A program made the translations under genes and the position numbers. Of a DNA stretch of 64,000 nucleotides, positions 7,801 through 16,617 are shown piece after piece. The notes beneath the pieces were generated by a model that worked only from the letters and a program-made list of their open reading frames with translations, made no database searches and was not told where the DNA came from. The DNA lies in NCBI GenBank assembly GCA_964596535.1, contig CAZQUR010000004.1, forward strand, positions 33 through 64,032, in the 5' to 3' direction. Numbering within the stretch: the first letter of the stretch is position 1; each line of letters begins with the position of its first letter. Origin of the DNA: an uncultured Desulfobacteraceae bacterium. GTDB lineage: Bacteria > Desulfobacterota > Desulfobacteria > Desulfobacterales > UBA2156.

Positions 7801-10089
7801 ATGAATGAAAACATTGATTCCAAATTGTATCAAGAGGTGGCACAATTCGGAGCGATGGATATGGAGATCTGCATGCAGTGCGGCACCTGCAGCGCATCCT
7901 GTCCATTGTCGAGCGGAACGAATCCGTTTCCCCGAAAGATATATCGATATCTCCAACTTGGAATGAGGGACAAGCTCCTCAAGTCGTCCGAACCCTGGCT
8001 GTGCTACTACTGCGGAGAGTGCAACAAGGACTGTCCCAGAGGCGCCGAACCGGCTGAAACCATGATGGCGACGCGACGCTGGTTGACCGCCCAGTACGAC
8101 TGGACAGGACTTGCCAAGAAACTCTATCTCTCCGAAGCATGGGAAATCACCGCGCTGGGTTCTGTTGCGCTTTTCATCATTTTACTTTTCGTTTTCTTCC
8201 ATGGGCCCATCATTACTGATCGCGTTGCAGTCAATACCTTCGCGCCCGTCTTGTGGATTGAAATCGGCGATCTGGTCATGGCCGCAATTTTGTCGACGTT
8301 TCTGCTGTCAAACGCCTTCAGAATGTATCGTTTTATCATGGATGGCACCCAGGTGCCGTTCCGGCTCTATCTCACGCAAGCCAAAGCCTTTGTCCTGCAC
8401 TTTTTAACGCAGAAGCGATGGCGGGAATGCGGAGAAGATCGGAGTCGATGGATCAAGCACCTTCTCCTGGTGACCGGTTATTTGACCATGATGTCCCTGA
8501 TCATCATTTTCATCCGCTGGTTTCAGGTGGATGACGACAGCTGGCATTTTACAAGTCTTTTCGGCTACTATGCCACCGCGGTCCTTTTAATTATTACCGT
8601 AGAGATGTTCGTCAGCCGCCGTAAAAAACAAGAGACGATTCATCGGTACTCCCACCTGTCCGACTGGCTTTTTCTGATCCTGCTGTTTTTCACCACATTG
8701 ACCGGTATCCTGATGCATCTGGTCCGCATCGCCGGATGGCCCATGGGAACCTATGTCATGTATGTGATCCACCTCGCTGTGGCAGTCCCCATGCTGGTCA
8801 TCGAAGTCCCCTTCGGAAAATGGTCTCACCTCTTCTACAGGCCGTTGGCGGTGTTTCTGGCAACCGTCAAGGAGAAGGCGGATAAAGAGTCAAACATCCA
8901 CGTCGAAGATGTAAAAGCCGAGATCGGCGATACCTTCCTGACCTGTCTGCAATGCGGCACCTGCACGAGCGTCTGCCCTGTGAACATGATTTCATCCAAT
9001 AGTCCGCGCCGGATTCTGCGTCAGCTCACAATGGAAACCGGTACAGAGCAGTCCGTCGACCAAGCCGTCTGGAGCTGTGTCACCTGCAACGCCTGCGGGG
9101 CAAGTTGTCCCCGAGGCATACCGATGATCAACGTCATAAAAGCGGTCAGGGAACTCAACGTCGCCGGCGGAATAGTCCCTGAGATTTTCGAGGCGCCGCT
9201 GAACAGCCTGAAAGAAAACGGCAATCCCTGGAACGGACTGCGCGAAAGACGGATGGAATGGGCGGAAGATATCCATATCCCCCCCTTCCGGCCCGAGCAT
9301 GCGTACTGCCTTTTCACGTGCTGTACCACGGCATATGATCCCGCGAATCGCAATGTCGGCAAAGCCCTTCCCCGTCTCCTTGAGTACGCAGGTGTTTCTT
9401 TCGGCACTCTCGGAATCGAAGAAAATTGCTGCGGAGACCAGGCCCACAAGATGGGAGCGCAGGCAATCTTCTCTGATCTGGCCCGGAAAAATACCGAACT
9501 TTTCTTGCGTGCCGACGTCCGAAAGATACTGACCGTTTCACCCCATTGCCTGAACGCCTTTAAAAACCATTACACCGATTTGAGAGGTTTCGTCGGCACC
9601 GAGCACTATTCCGAACTCCTGGACCGGCTCATCGAGGAAGGCCGGTTAAGACCTCTCCTGGAGGTGGCGTCCACCGTCACCTATCATGATCCGTGCTATT
9701 TGGGCCGCCATAACGGCATCTACGAGGCGCCGCGCCGCGTTTTAAAAAGCATTCCGGGCCTGAACCTGATTGAAATGACAAACAATAGAGAATGCAGCCT
9801 GTGCTGCGGAGGCGGCGGCGGCGGGGCGTGGACGGATTGTCCGCCTCGTCATGGCCCCGGTGCAATGAGGATCAAAGAGGCTCTGGAAACCGGCACCGAG
9901 ATGATTGCCACCGCATGCCCCTTTTGCATCCGAATGCTCGATAACGGCATACGGGAACTCGGCGTTGAAAAAGAAATCGCTGTCTGCGACGTGGCCGACT
10001 TGCTGTTACGGTCGGTTGTGGTGAAGGATGAAACTACTGTGATGAGACACATTGATTTGGGCGCAAGCCGGGAGGTCTGTCATGTCTGA
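7801..10089 (+). CDS. fused ferredoxin / multi-span membrane domain / HdrD-like (CCG-domain) Fe-S oxidoreductase
   Basis: ORF open from 7759 (TTG); ATG 7801 preferred. Four 4Fe-4S motifs (CMQCGTCSASCP, CYYCGECNKDCP, CLQCGTCTSVCP, CVTCNACGASCP). Several hydrophobic His-containing segments between them. Two CCG motifs (ENCCGDQ, SLCCGGGGGG). Confidence 0.85.
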   Translation: MNENIDSKLYQEVAQFGAMDMEICMQCGTCSASCPLSSGTNPFPRKIYRYLQLGMRDKLLKSSEPWLCYYCGECNKDCPRGAEPAETMMATRRWLTAQYDWTGLAKKLYLSEAWEITALGSVALFIILLFVFFHGPIITDRVAVNTFAPVLWIEIGDLVMAAILSTFLLSNAFRMYRFIMDGTQVPFRLYLTQAKAFVLHFLTQKRWRECGEDRSRWIKHLLLVTGYLTMMSLIIIFIRWFQVDDDSWHFTSLFGYYATAVLLIITVEMFVSRRKKQETIHRYSHLSDWLFLILLFFTTLTGILMHLVRIAGWPMGTYVMYVIHLAVAVPMLVIEVPFGKWSHLFYRPLAVFLATVKEKADKESNIHVEDVKAEIGDTFLTCLQCGTCTSVCPVNMISSNSPRRILRQLTMETGTEQSVDQAVWSCVTCNACGASCPRGIPMINVIKAVRELNVAGGIVPEIFEAPLNSLKENGNPWNGLRERRMEWAEDIHIPPFRPEHAYCLFTCCTTAYDPANRNVGKALPRLLEYAGVSFGTLGIEENCCGDQAHKMGAQAIFSDLARKNTELFLRADVRKILTVSPHCLNAFKNHYTDLRGFVGTEHYSELLDRLIEEGRLRPLLEVASTVTYHDPCYLGRHNGIYEAPRRVLKSIPGLNLIEMTNNRECSLCCGGGGGGAWTDCPPRHGPGAMRIKEALETGTEMIATACPFCIRMLDNGIRELGVEKEIAVCDVADLLLRSVVVKDETTVMRHIDLGASREVCHV

Positions 10090-13000
10090 GCGCATCGGAT
10101 TTTATATATGCCACTGCGGCATCAATATCGCTTACCGGGTCAGGGTTCAGGAAGTGGCCGAGTATGTGGCGAAATTTCCGAATGTGGCAATCTCAAGGGA
10201 TTACCTTTTCATGTGTTCCGATCCCGGCCAGGAACTCATTGAAAAAGATATCCGGGAGCATCATCTCACCCGCGTTATCGTGGCCTCCTGTTCTCCGCGG
10301 ATGCATGAAAAAACCTTTCGGGCGGCCTGCCAGAGGGCGGGGCTCAACCCTTACCGGACATTTCATATGGTGTGTGTGCGCGAACATGTCTCGTGGGTCA
10401 CCGAAAATGAAGACGAAGCCACCGAAAAGGCCAAAAACCTGGCCAGAGCCGGTCTCTTGCGCGTGGTGCACCAATGCGAATTGACCCCTGCAACATTTTC
10501 GGTATGCACCAATACCCTAATTGTGGGCGGAGGGATCGCCGGCATGCAGGCAGCCCTGGATGTGGCCAAGGCCGGATTCAACGCCTATCTGGTTGAGCGA
10601 CAACCTACAATCGGAGGGCACATGCTCCAATACGACAAGACCTTCCCCACCCTTGACTGCGCGGCGTGTATCGGCACACCCAAAATGGTTTCCGTGGGTC
10701 AGGAGTCCCAGATCCGGTTGCTGACGCATAGCGAAGTGGAAAACGTTAGCGGGTTCATCGGCAACTTCAGGGTCAGCGTTCGGCGAAAAGCCCGTTACGT
10801 CGAAACGAATTGCACCGGATGCGGCGAGTGTGAAAAGGTCTGCCCCATCGATTTTCCCAACCTCTGGGATGTAAACACCAAAACCAGAAAGGCCATTTAC
10901 CGGCCCTTCCCCCAGGCCGTACCGATTACCTACTGCATCGATAAATACGACCGCGCTCCCTGTGTTCAGACCTGCCCGGCCGGAACCAACGCGCAAGGCT
11001 ACGTCGCGCTGATAAAGACGGGTAAATACCGGGAAGCGTTGAGCCTGATCATGGAACGCCTGCCCTTGCCCGGCACCCTGGGTCGCGTGTGCCCGGCACC
11101 GTGTGAAGACGTCTGTCGCAGATCCGAAGTGGATGAGGCCGTCGCCATCCGCGATCTGAAGCGATTTGCGGCCGACCAGGTGGATCTTCTGGAACTGCCG
11201 CTGCCGGATATCCAGGATCGGCCGGAAAAAGTGGCCGTGATCGGATCCGGTCCGGCCGGCCTAACGGTGGCGCATTACTTGCGGCTGAAAGGCTATCAGA
11301 TCACCATTTTTGAAGCGTTGCCGGTGCTGGGAGGCATGCTCCGTGTGGGCATCCCCGACTATCGGCTTCCTCCTGAAATCCTGGATCGCGAAATTCAAAA
11401 CACACTCCGAATGGGAATCCAGGCCCAAACGAATCAGAAGTTCGGGGTCGATTTCAGTCTCGATGACCTGAGAAAGCAGGGTTTCAAAGCCATCTTCTTC
11501 GGAATCGGCGCCCACCACAGTCTGAAGCTGGGTATTAACGGGGAGGAAGAATTCCAGGGCGTGATGGATGCGGTCGATTTTCTCCGGGAAGTCAATCTGG
11601 GCAGTCCTAGGCCTCCCGGCAAACGGGCGGCAATCATCGGCGGAGGCAATGTGGCCGTCGATGCCGCCCGAGCCGCTTTGAGGACCGGCTGTGGAAAGGT
11701 GGATATCGTTTATCGTCGCAGCAGAGAGGAGATGCCCGCCTATCCGGAAGAAATCGAAGGCGCGATCGCCGAGGGCGTGAAAATCCACTTTCTGACAGCC
11801 CCGATCGCGATCCGGGGGGAAAGCGGCAGGGTCGCAGGAGTGGAATGCATCCGAACCGAGTTGGGTCCCCCTGATGACAGCGGGCGACGACGCCCTGTGC
11901 CAGTGGAGGGTTCCGAGTTTGTAATCGAGGCCGATGCGATCATTCCCGCCATCGGGCAGCAACCCGACTTTGACTGGCCTGCCGAAAGACAGATTCTGGA
12001 ACTCACGAAGCGCAAGACCATATCGGTGAATCCGCACACCCTGCAGACCAATTTTCCTGATGTATTCGGAGGCGGCGATGCGGTGAGCGGTCCGGCAACG
12101 GTGATCGAAGCGGTGGCCGCAGGCCGAAAGGCGGCAGAGGCAATCCATTCCTATATCATGGGAGAGGATATGGAAACTTACGCACAAAAAGTCGCCACCC
12201 GGGAACCGATCGGCCAAAACTGGCGAGAATTATTTAAAACCACCCTAAAGAAAGAGAGAGCCCGGCTGCCGCATCTGAATGCATCCGAAAGTGCCGCCTC
12301 CTTTGCGGAGGTGATGTCGGGTTTTGGTGAGATCCAGGCTCGCGAGGAAGCGGCCCGTTGCGTCAATTGCGGCGGATGCTGTGAGTGCAAGCTCTGCGAA
12401 AGCGCATGCGAAGCCAAAGCAATCAATCACTCCATGAAAGATGAGATAGAAGAAATAGAGGTGGGTTCCATCATCGTCGCTACGGGCTTCGATCCCCTTG
12501 ATCCAACACCGATCCGGCAATACGGATACGGTCAGTACGCCAATGTTTTTACCAATCTGGAATTCGAACGCCTGTCGAACGCCACGGGACCCACCAAAGG
12601 AAAACTGCTGAAACGGGATCCGAAGGATCGTTTTAGCTTCACCGAGTCTCCGAAGAGCGTGGCAATCCTCCATTGCATCGGAAGCCGCGATTTAAATTAC
12701 CACGAATACTGTTCGCGCACCTGTTGCATGTATGCGCTTAAATATGCCCACCTCATAAAGGACAAGTGCGGTCATGATACCGAAGTCTATAATTTTTACA
12801 TCGATATGCGATGCTTCGGCAAAGGCTATGAGGAATTCTACAAGCGCGTTCAGAGTGAAGGCGTACGGATGGTTCGCGGTAAAGCCTCCCGGGTGGAAGA
12901 GAAGGACGGTATGCTGATCGTCACCGCAGAGGATACGCTGTCCGACCGGATGCTGAAAATTCCTGTGGAGATGGTGATTCTTTGTACTGCAATGGAAGCG

Positions 13001-13462
13001 CGTCCCGATGCAAACGAAGTGGCGCGCATCTTCGGAATCAGTATTGGAAGTGACGGATTCTTCCAGGAGGAGCATCCCAAACTCGAACCGGTTTCCACTC
13101 CCACCAGCGGCGTTTTTCTCGCCGGGGCCTGCCAGGGGCCTAAAGATATCCCCGACACGGTTGCCCAGGCAAAAGGGGCCGCCGCCGAGGCCCTCGCCCT
13201 TTCCGCCTCCGGAAAGGTATCGGTTTCTCCGATGGTTTCCTCCGTTGATCCTGATATCTGTATCGGCTGTCAGATTTGCATCGACCTGTGCGCATACTCG
13301 GCAATCGAGTTCAATCCCTTGAAAGGAATCAGCGAAGTAAACGAGGCCGTTTGTAAAGGCTGCGGAAGTTGCGCCGGCTACTGCCCGAGCGGCGCCGCGC
13401 AGATTCGTCACTTTACAAGCAAACAGATTTTTGCGGAAATCGACGGGATCTTGGTCGCCTGA
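10082..13462 (+). CDS. hdrA: HdrA-like flavoprotein fused with an internal GltD/NfnB-like NAD(P)H-binding module
   Basis: ATG 10082 overlaps the upstream stop (ATGTCTGA). Motifs GGGIAGMQAALDVA; HdrA signature HCIGSRD-x8-CSRTCCMYALK; CTGCGECEKVCP, CIGCQICIDLC, CKGCGSCAGYCP. GltD-like part at ~10960-12160: GRVCPAPCEDVC, VIGSGPAGLTVAHYL, IIGGGNVAVDAARAA, VFGGGDAVSGPATVIEAVAAGRKAA. Confidence 0.9.
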   Translation: MSERIGFYICHCGINIAYRVRVQEVAEYVAKFPNVAISRDYLFMCSDPGQELIEKDIREHHLTRVIVASCSPRMHEKTFRAACQRAGLNPYRTFHMVCVREHVSWVTENEDEATEKAKNLARAGLLRVVHQCELTPATFSVCTNTLIVGGGIAGMQAALDVAKAGFNAYLVERQPTIGGHMLQYDKTFPTLDCAACIGTPKMVSVGQESQIRLLTHSEVENVSGFIGNFRVSVRRKARYVETNCTGCGECEKVCPIDFPNLWDVNTKTRKAIYRPFPQAVPITYCIDKYDRAPCVQTCPAGTNAQGYVALIKTGKYREALSLIMERLPLPGTLGRVCPAPCEDVCRRSEVDEAVAIRDLKRFAADQVDLLELPLPDIQDRPEKVAVIGSGPAGLTVAHYLRLKGYQITIFEALPVLGGMLRVGIPDYRLPPEILDREIQNTLRMGIQAQTNQKFGVDFSLDDLRKQGFKAIFFGIGAHHSLKLGINGEEEFQGVMDAVDFLREVNLGSPRPPGKRAAIIGGGNVAVDAARAALRTGCGKVDIVYRRSREEMPAYPEEIEGAIAEGVKIHFLTAPIAIRGESGRVAGVECIRTELGPPDDSGRRRPVPVEGSEFVIEADAIIPAIGQQPDFDWPAERQILELTKRKTISVNPHTLQTNFPDVFGGGDAVSGPATVIEAVAAGRKAAEAIHSYIMGEDMETYAQKVATREPIGQNWRELFKTTLKKERARLPHLNASESAASFAEVMSGFGEIQAREEAARCVNCGGCCECKLCESACEAKAINHSMKDEIEEIEVGSIIVATGFDPLDPTPIRQYGYGQYANVFTNLEFERLSNATGPTKGKLLKRDPKDRFSFTESPKSVAILHCIGSRDLNYHEYCSRTCCMYALKYAHLIKDKCGHDTEVYNFYIDMRCFGKGYEEFYKRVQSEGVRMVRGKASRVEEKDGMLIVTAEDTLSDRMLKIPVEMVILCTAMEARPDANEVARIFGISIGSDGFFQEEHPKLEPVSTPTSGVFLAGACQGPKDIPDTVAQAKGAAAEALALSASGKVSVSPMVSSVDPDICIGCQICIDLCAYSAIEFNPLKGISEVNEAVCKGCGSCAGYCPSGAAQIRHFTSKQIFAEIDGILVA

Positions 13463-13540
13463 CCGGCGAAGGCGAGAGATCTTCTTGAATCCTGAAGTAA
13501 AACGAATTCCCTGGAGCATGTAACAGAAAGGAGTTGAAAG

Positions 13541-13963
13541 ATGAGTGAGTTTGAACCGACAATTGTGGCTTTTTTTTGCAACTGGTGCACTTACACAGCC
13601 GCGGACTTAGCCGGCACTTCTCGTCTGAACTATCCCCACAACATTAGAATCATCCGGGTCATGTGCACCGGCATGGTCGATACCCAATATGTCATTAAAG
13701 CGTTTTTGGAAGGAGCGGACGGCGTGCTGGTGAGTGGATGCAATCCCGGGGATTGTCATTACATCAACGGCAATTATAAGGCCCGGAGACGGATCAAGCT
13801 TCTCAAAGAGATTCTACCCCAATTCGGTTTTGATCAAGAACGGCTTCGATTAACCTGGATCGGAGCCAGCGATGGGGTTCACCTGGCTGAGGTCATTCGA
13901 ACCTTTGTATCACAAATCAAAGCCCTGGGACCGAGCCAGACAAAACTTAAAATGGCGATTTAG
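13541..13963 (+). CDS. mvhD: MvhD-like (methyl-viologen-reducing hydrogenase delta subunit family) Fe-S protein
   Basis: ATG after AAAGGAG. Motifs FFCNWCTYTAADLAG, RVMCTGMV, GADGVLVSGCNPGDCHY. Confidence 0.85.
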   Translation: MSEFEPTIVAFFCNWCTYTAADLAGTSRLNYPHNIRIIRVMCTGMVDTQYVIKAFLEGADGVLVSGCNPGDCHYINGNYKARRRIKLLKEILPQFGFDQERLRLTWIGASDGVHLAEVIRTFVSQIKALGPSQTKLKMAI

Positions 13964-14048
13964 AAAATATAGATATCGGATTTGCCAAAATGGTTTTCAC
14001 GCACATAATCCCCATGCCGAATTTAACACCATTTCTCCGGAGGCAGTT

Positions 14049-15191
14049 ATGACCACCATGGCCAAAATCGACCTGAAGGAACAGAATCCTTTGGAAGCCT
14101 TGCAGCAGTTTTTTGCAGGCATTCTCAAACTGAAAGATGTCACGTCTATCCTGGTCCCCCAGCGGCTTCCAGCCCGAAACATGATTATGCCGACCCTGGT
14201 AACCGATGCCGCTCTCCTGGAAGGCGTTGATCCCCTTGCCCCGGCTTTCCCGATGAATGCCGCAAGAATCGCCTCCCGATTGACCCGGAAACCGATGGGT
14301 TCGAAAGTGGCGGCGGTGTTGCGCCCCTGCGAGATCCGGGCGTTCATCGAGCTGGTCAAACTGAATCAGGCTAAAAGGGAGGAGATTTTTCTCATCAGCA
14401 CGGATTGCCTGGGTGCATTTCCGAACAAAGAATACTTCATGTTTGCAGACCGGAATGGAGGAGAAGGAACCCTTGACTTTTATAAAACCATGCTGGGGGG
14501 AAACACCGGTGAAATGGAAGGGTATCCGCTGGCTCCGGCCTGCAAGGCATGCGAACATCCGATTTCCGAAAACGCGGATATTCAAATCGGTTTTTACGGC
14601 ATCAAGCCCGGCGAATCAATTCTGATCAAGTCTCAATCCGAAGCAGGAGATCGTATTTTACAGCAGATGAATCTCTCCACAACCACGGAACCAGCCGGCC
14701 GCCGGACCGCCATCGACACCCTCATCTCCCAGCGCATCCGTTACCGAGACGAAATGTTCGTCAAGACTCATGAGGCCATTGATAGCCTGGACAAGATGGA
14801 AACGTATTTCTCCAATTGCGTCAATTGCTACAACTGCCGGGTGGCTTGCCCGGTCTGTTATTGCAGGGAATGCGTCTTTGTCACAGACGTGTTCAACCAT
14901 GAACCTTCCCAGTATCTTCATTGGGCCGCCCGAAAAGGGATGATCAAAATGCCAACGGATACTCTCTTTTATCATCTCACTCGGCTGGCCCATATGAGTA
15001 CGGCGTGCGTGGGCTGCGGCCAATGTTCCAACGCCTGCCCCAATGACATCCCTGTCATGGAGATCTTCCGCACGGTGGCCCAACACACCCAGCAGGCCTT
15101 TGACTATGAAGCCGGGAAGCACCTCGAGGAAAAACCGCCTTTATCCGTTTTTCATGAAGATGAGTTTCAAGAAGTTGTGGGTATTTCATAA
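14049..15191 (+). CDS. FrhB/FdhB-family flavin-binding Fe-S protein with C-terminal 2x[4Fe-4S]
   Basis: ATG 14049 after GGAGG (ORF open from 13872). Motifs LRPCEIRAFIELV, ISTDCLGAF, CKACEHPISENADIQIGFYG (FrhB_FdhB_C-like); CVNCYNCRVACPVC and CVGCGQCSNACPND. Confidence 0.65.
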   Translation: MTTMAKIDLKEQNPLEALQQFFAGILKLKDVTSILVPQRLPARNMIMPTLVTDAALLEGVDPLAPAFPMNAARIASRLTRKPMGSKVAAVLRPCEIRAFIELVKLNQAKREEIFLISTDCLGAFPNKEYFMFADRNGGEGTLDFYKTMLGGNTGEMEGYPLAPACKACEHPISENADIQIGFYGIKPGESILIKSQSEAGDRILQQMNLSTTTEPAGRRTAIDTLISQRIRYRDEMFVKTHEAIDSLDKMETYFSNCVNCYNCRVACPVCYCRECVFVTDVFNHEPSQYLHWAARKGMIKMPTDTLFYHLTRLAHMSTACVGCGQCSNACPNDIPVMEIFRTVAQHTQQAFDYEAGKHLEEKPPLSVFHEDEFQEVVGIS

Positions 15192-15217
15192 AGCCAAAAC
15201 ACAAGGGAGATGCAACG

Positions 15218-16537
15218 ATGCCGCAAGAAGCCATTCAATTAACCCGGGAAAGACAAAGTCCCTTCATGGACAAAGTGGAAGCGCTCCTTCCGGAAGGAGG
15301 AAATCTCAATCTATGTCTGACCTGCGGGGCTTGCGTCTCAGGATGTCCGGCAAGCGGCCTGGAAGAAATGGACCCCCGGAAATTTTTGCGCATGGCTGCG
15401 TTGGGTTTGGATGACGAAATCCTGAAAACGGATTGGGTCTGGATGTGTTCCATGTGCCAGCGCTGCATCTATGTCTGTCCGATGAAGATCGACATCCCCC
15501 AGTTAGTCTATCAGGCCCGGGCGTCCTGGCCCAGAGAAACCCGCCCCAAAGGAATTCTGGGCTCCTGCGATATGGCGTTGAAAAACGATAGCTGCAGCGC
15601 CATGGGCGCATCGCCGGAGGACTTTGACTTTGTTGTCAACGACTTGCTGGAGGAATACCGGGAGGCCCAGCCCGAATTCGCCGAAATGGCGGCGCCCATC
15701 GATAAGGAAGGAGCCGAATTTTTCCTGAATCAGAATTCCCGGGAACCGGTAACCGAACCCGACGAATTGATCCCTCTTTGGAAAATTCTCCATGTCGTCG
15801 GGGCGGATTGGACCTATGGTTCCAAAGGATGGGGCGGTGAAAACTATTGCATGTTCCTGGCAGACGACTCGTCTTGGGAGCACATTGTCCGAACAGCGGC
15901 AAATCAGGCGGACGCTTTGAGGTGTAAAGTCTTTCTCAATACGGAGTGAGGGCACGTCACCTTCTCGGTCCTGGCAGGACTGAAAAAATTCAAGGTTCCG
16001 CATAATTTTATCGTCAAGAATATCTATGAATACTACGCCAAATGGATCCGCGAGGGAAAGCTGAAGGTCAACTCGGATTGGAACAAGGATCTGAAGATAA
16101 AATTTACGGTGCAGGATCCCTGCCAAATCGTCCGTAAAAGCTATGGAGATCCCATCGCCGAAGACCTTCGACTCGTGGTGAAATCCATCGTGGGAGAAGA
16201 AAATTTTATCGAAATGGAACCGAATCGATCCAACAATTACTGCTGCGGCGGCGGCGGCGGATTCCTTCAATCGGGATATAAGGACGCCCGTCTCGAGTAC
16301 GGGCGCATTAAGGACCGCCAAATCCAGGAAACCGGTGCGACATATTGCATTGCGGCGTGTCACAATTGTCACGCCCAGATTCACGAACTCAGCGAGCACT
16401 ATGGAGGAGGGTATCACGTAGTTCACCTGTGGACGCTCATTTGTCTTTCCCTGGGGATTTTGGGACCCAATGAACGGGAGTATCTTGGAGAAGACCTCAA
16501 GGAAGTCCTGGTCTTCCACCCGGAATCCGCTCATTAG
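15218..16537 (+). CDS. HdrC/HdrB-like fusion (4Fe-4S + CCG domains) with in-frame UGA read as selenocysteine at codon 244
   Basis: ORFs 15218..15949 and 16109..16537 share one frame. The only stop between them is TGA 15947-15949, and 15950-16108 is open and protein-like. Motifs CLTCGACVSGCP, CSMCQRCIYVCP, NTE-U-GH, DPCQIV...NYCCGGGGG...CIAACHNCH. Confidence 0.7.
15959..15996 (+). ncRNA. candidate bacterial SECIS stem-loop (mRNA element)
   Basis: Starts 10 nt after the UGA. Lower stem ACCUU(15959-63)/AAGGU(15992-96); upper stem GGUCCU(15967-72)/AGGACU(15976-81); G-rich apical loop GGC. Folded by eye only. Confidence 0.45.
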
Positions 16538-16617
16538 AAAGGGACAGCCGCACACCAGCATGCTCTGTGAGACAGAATATCGGAATAAGCCATACGTATT
16601 GAGTGAAAGGACGCACC

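Noticed and set aside
9802-9826. GGC-rich tandem triplets (also at 16242-16262) that look like simple repeats.
   Set aside because: They encode the CCGGGGG(G) core of the CCG domains of the two HdrD/HdrB-like proteins. They are coding, not structural repeats.
13460-13543. HdrA (ends TGA 13460-13462) and mvhD (13541) are in the same frame, so a possible second UGA read-through was considered.
   Set aside because: A second in-frame TGA follows ten codons later (13493-13495). mvhD also has its own AAAGGAG RBS and ATG.
15947-16108. Alternative reading of the TGA at 15947 as a genuine stop (two genes or a pseudogene).
   Set aside because: The downstream piece would start at GTG 16109 without an RBS and would lack the first Cys of its CCG motif. 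The intervening 53 codons are open and protein-like, and a hairpin sits at SECIS distance. Selenocysteine is the simpler explanation, though unproven.
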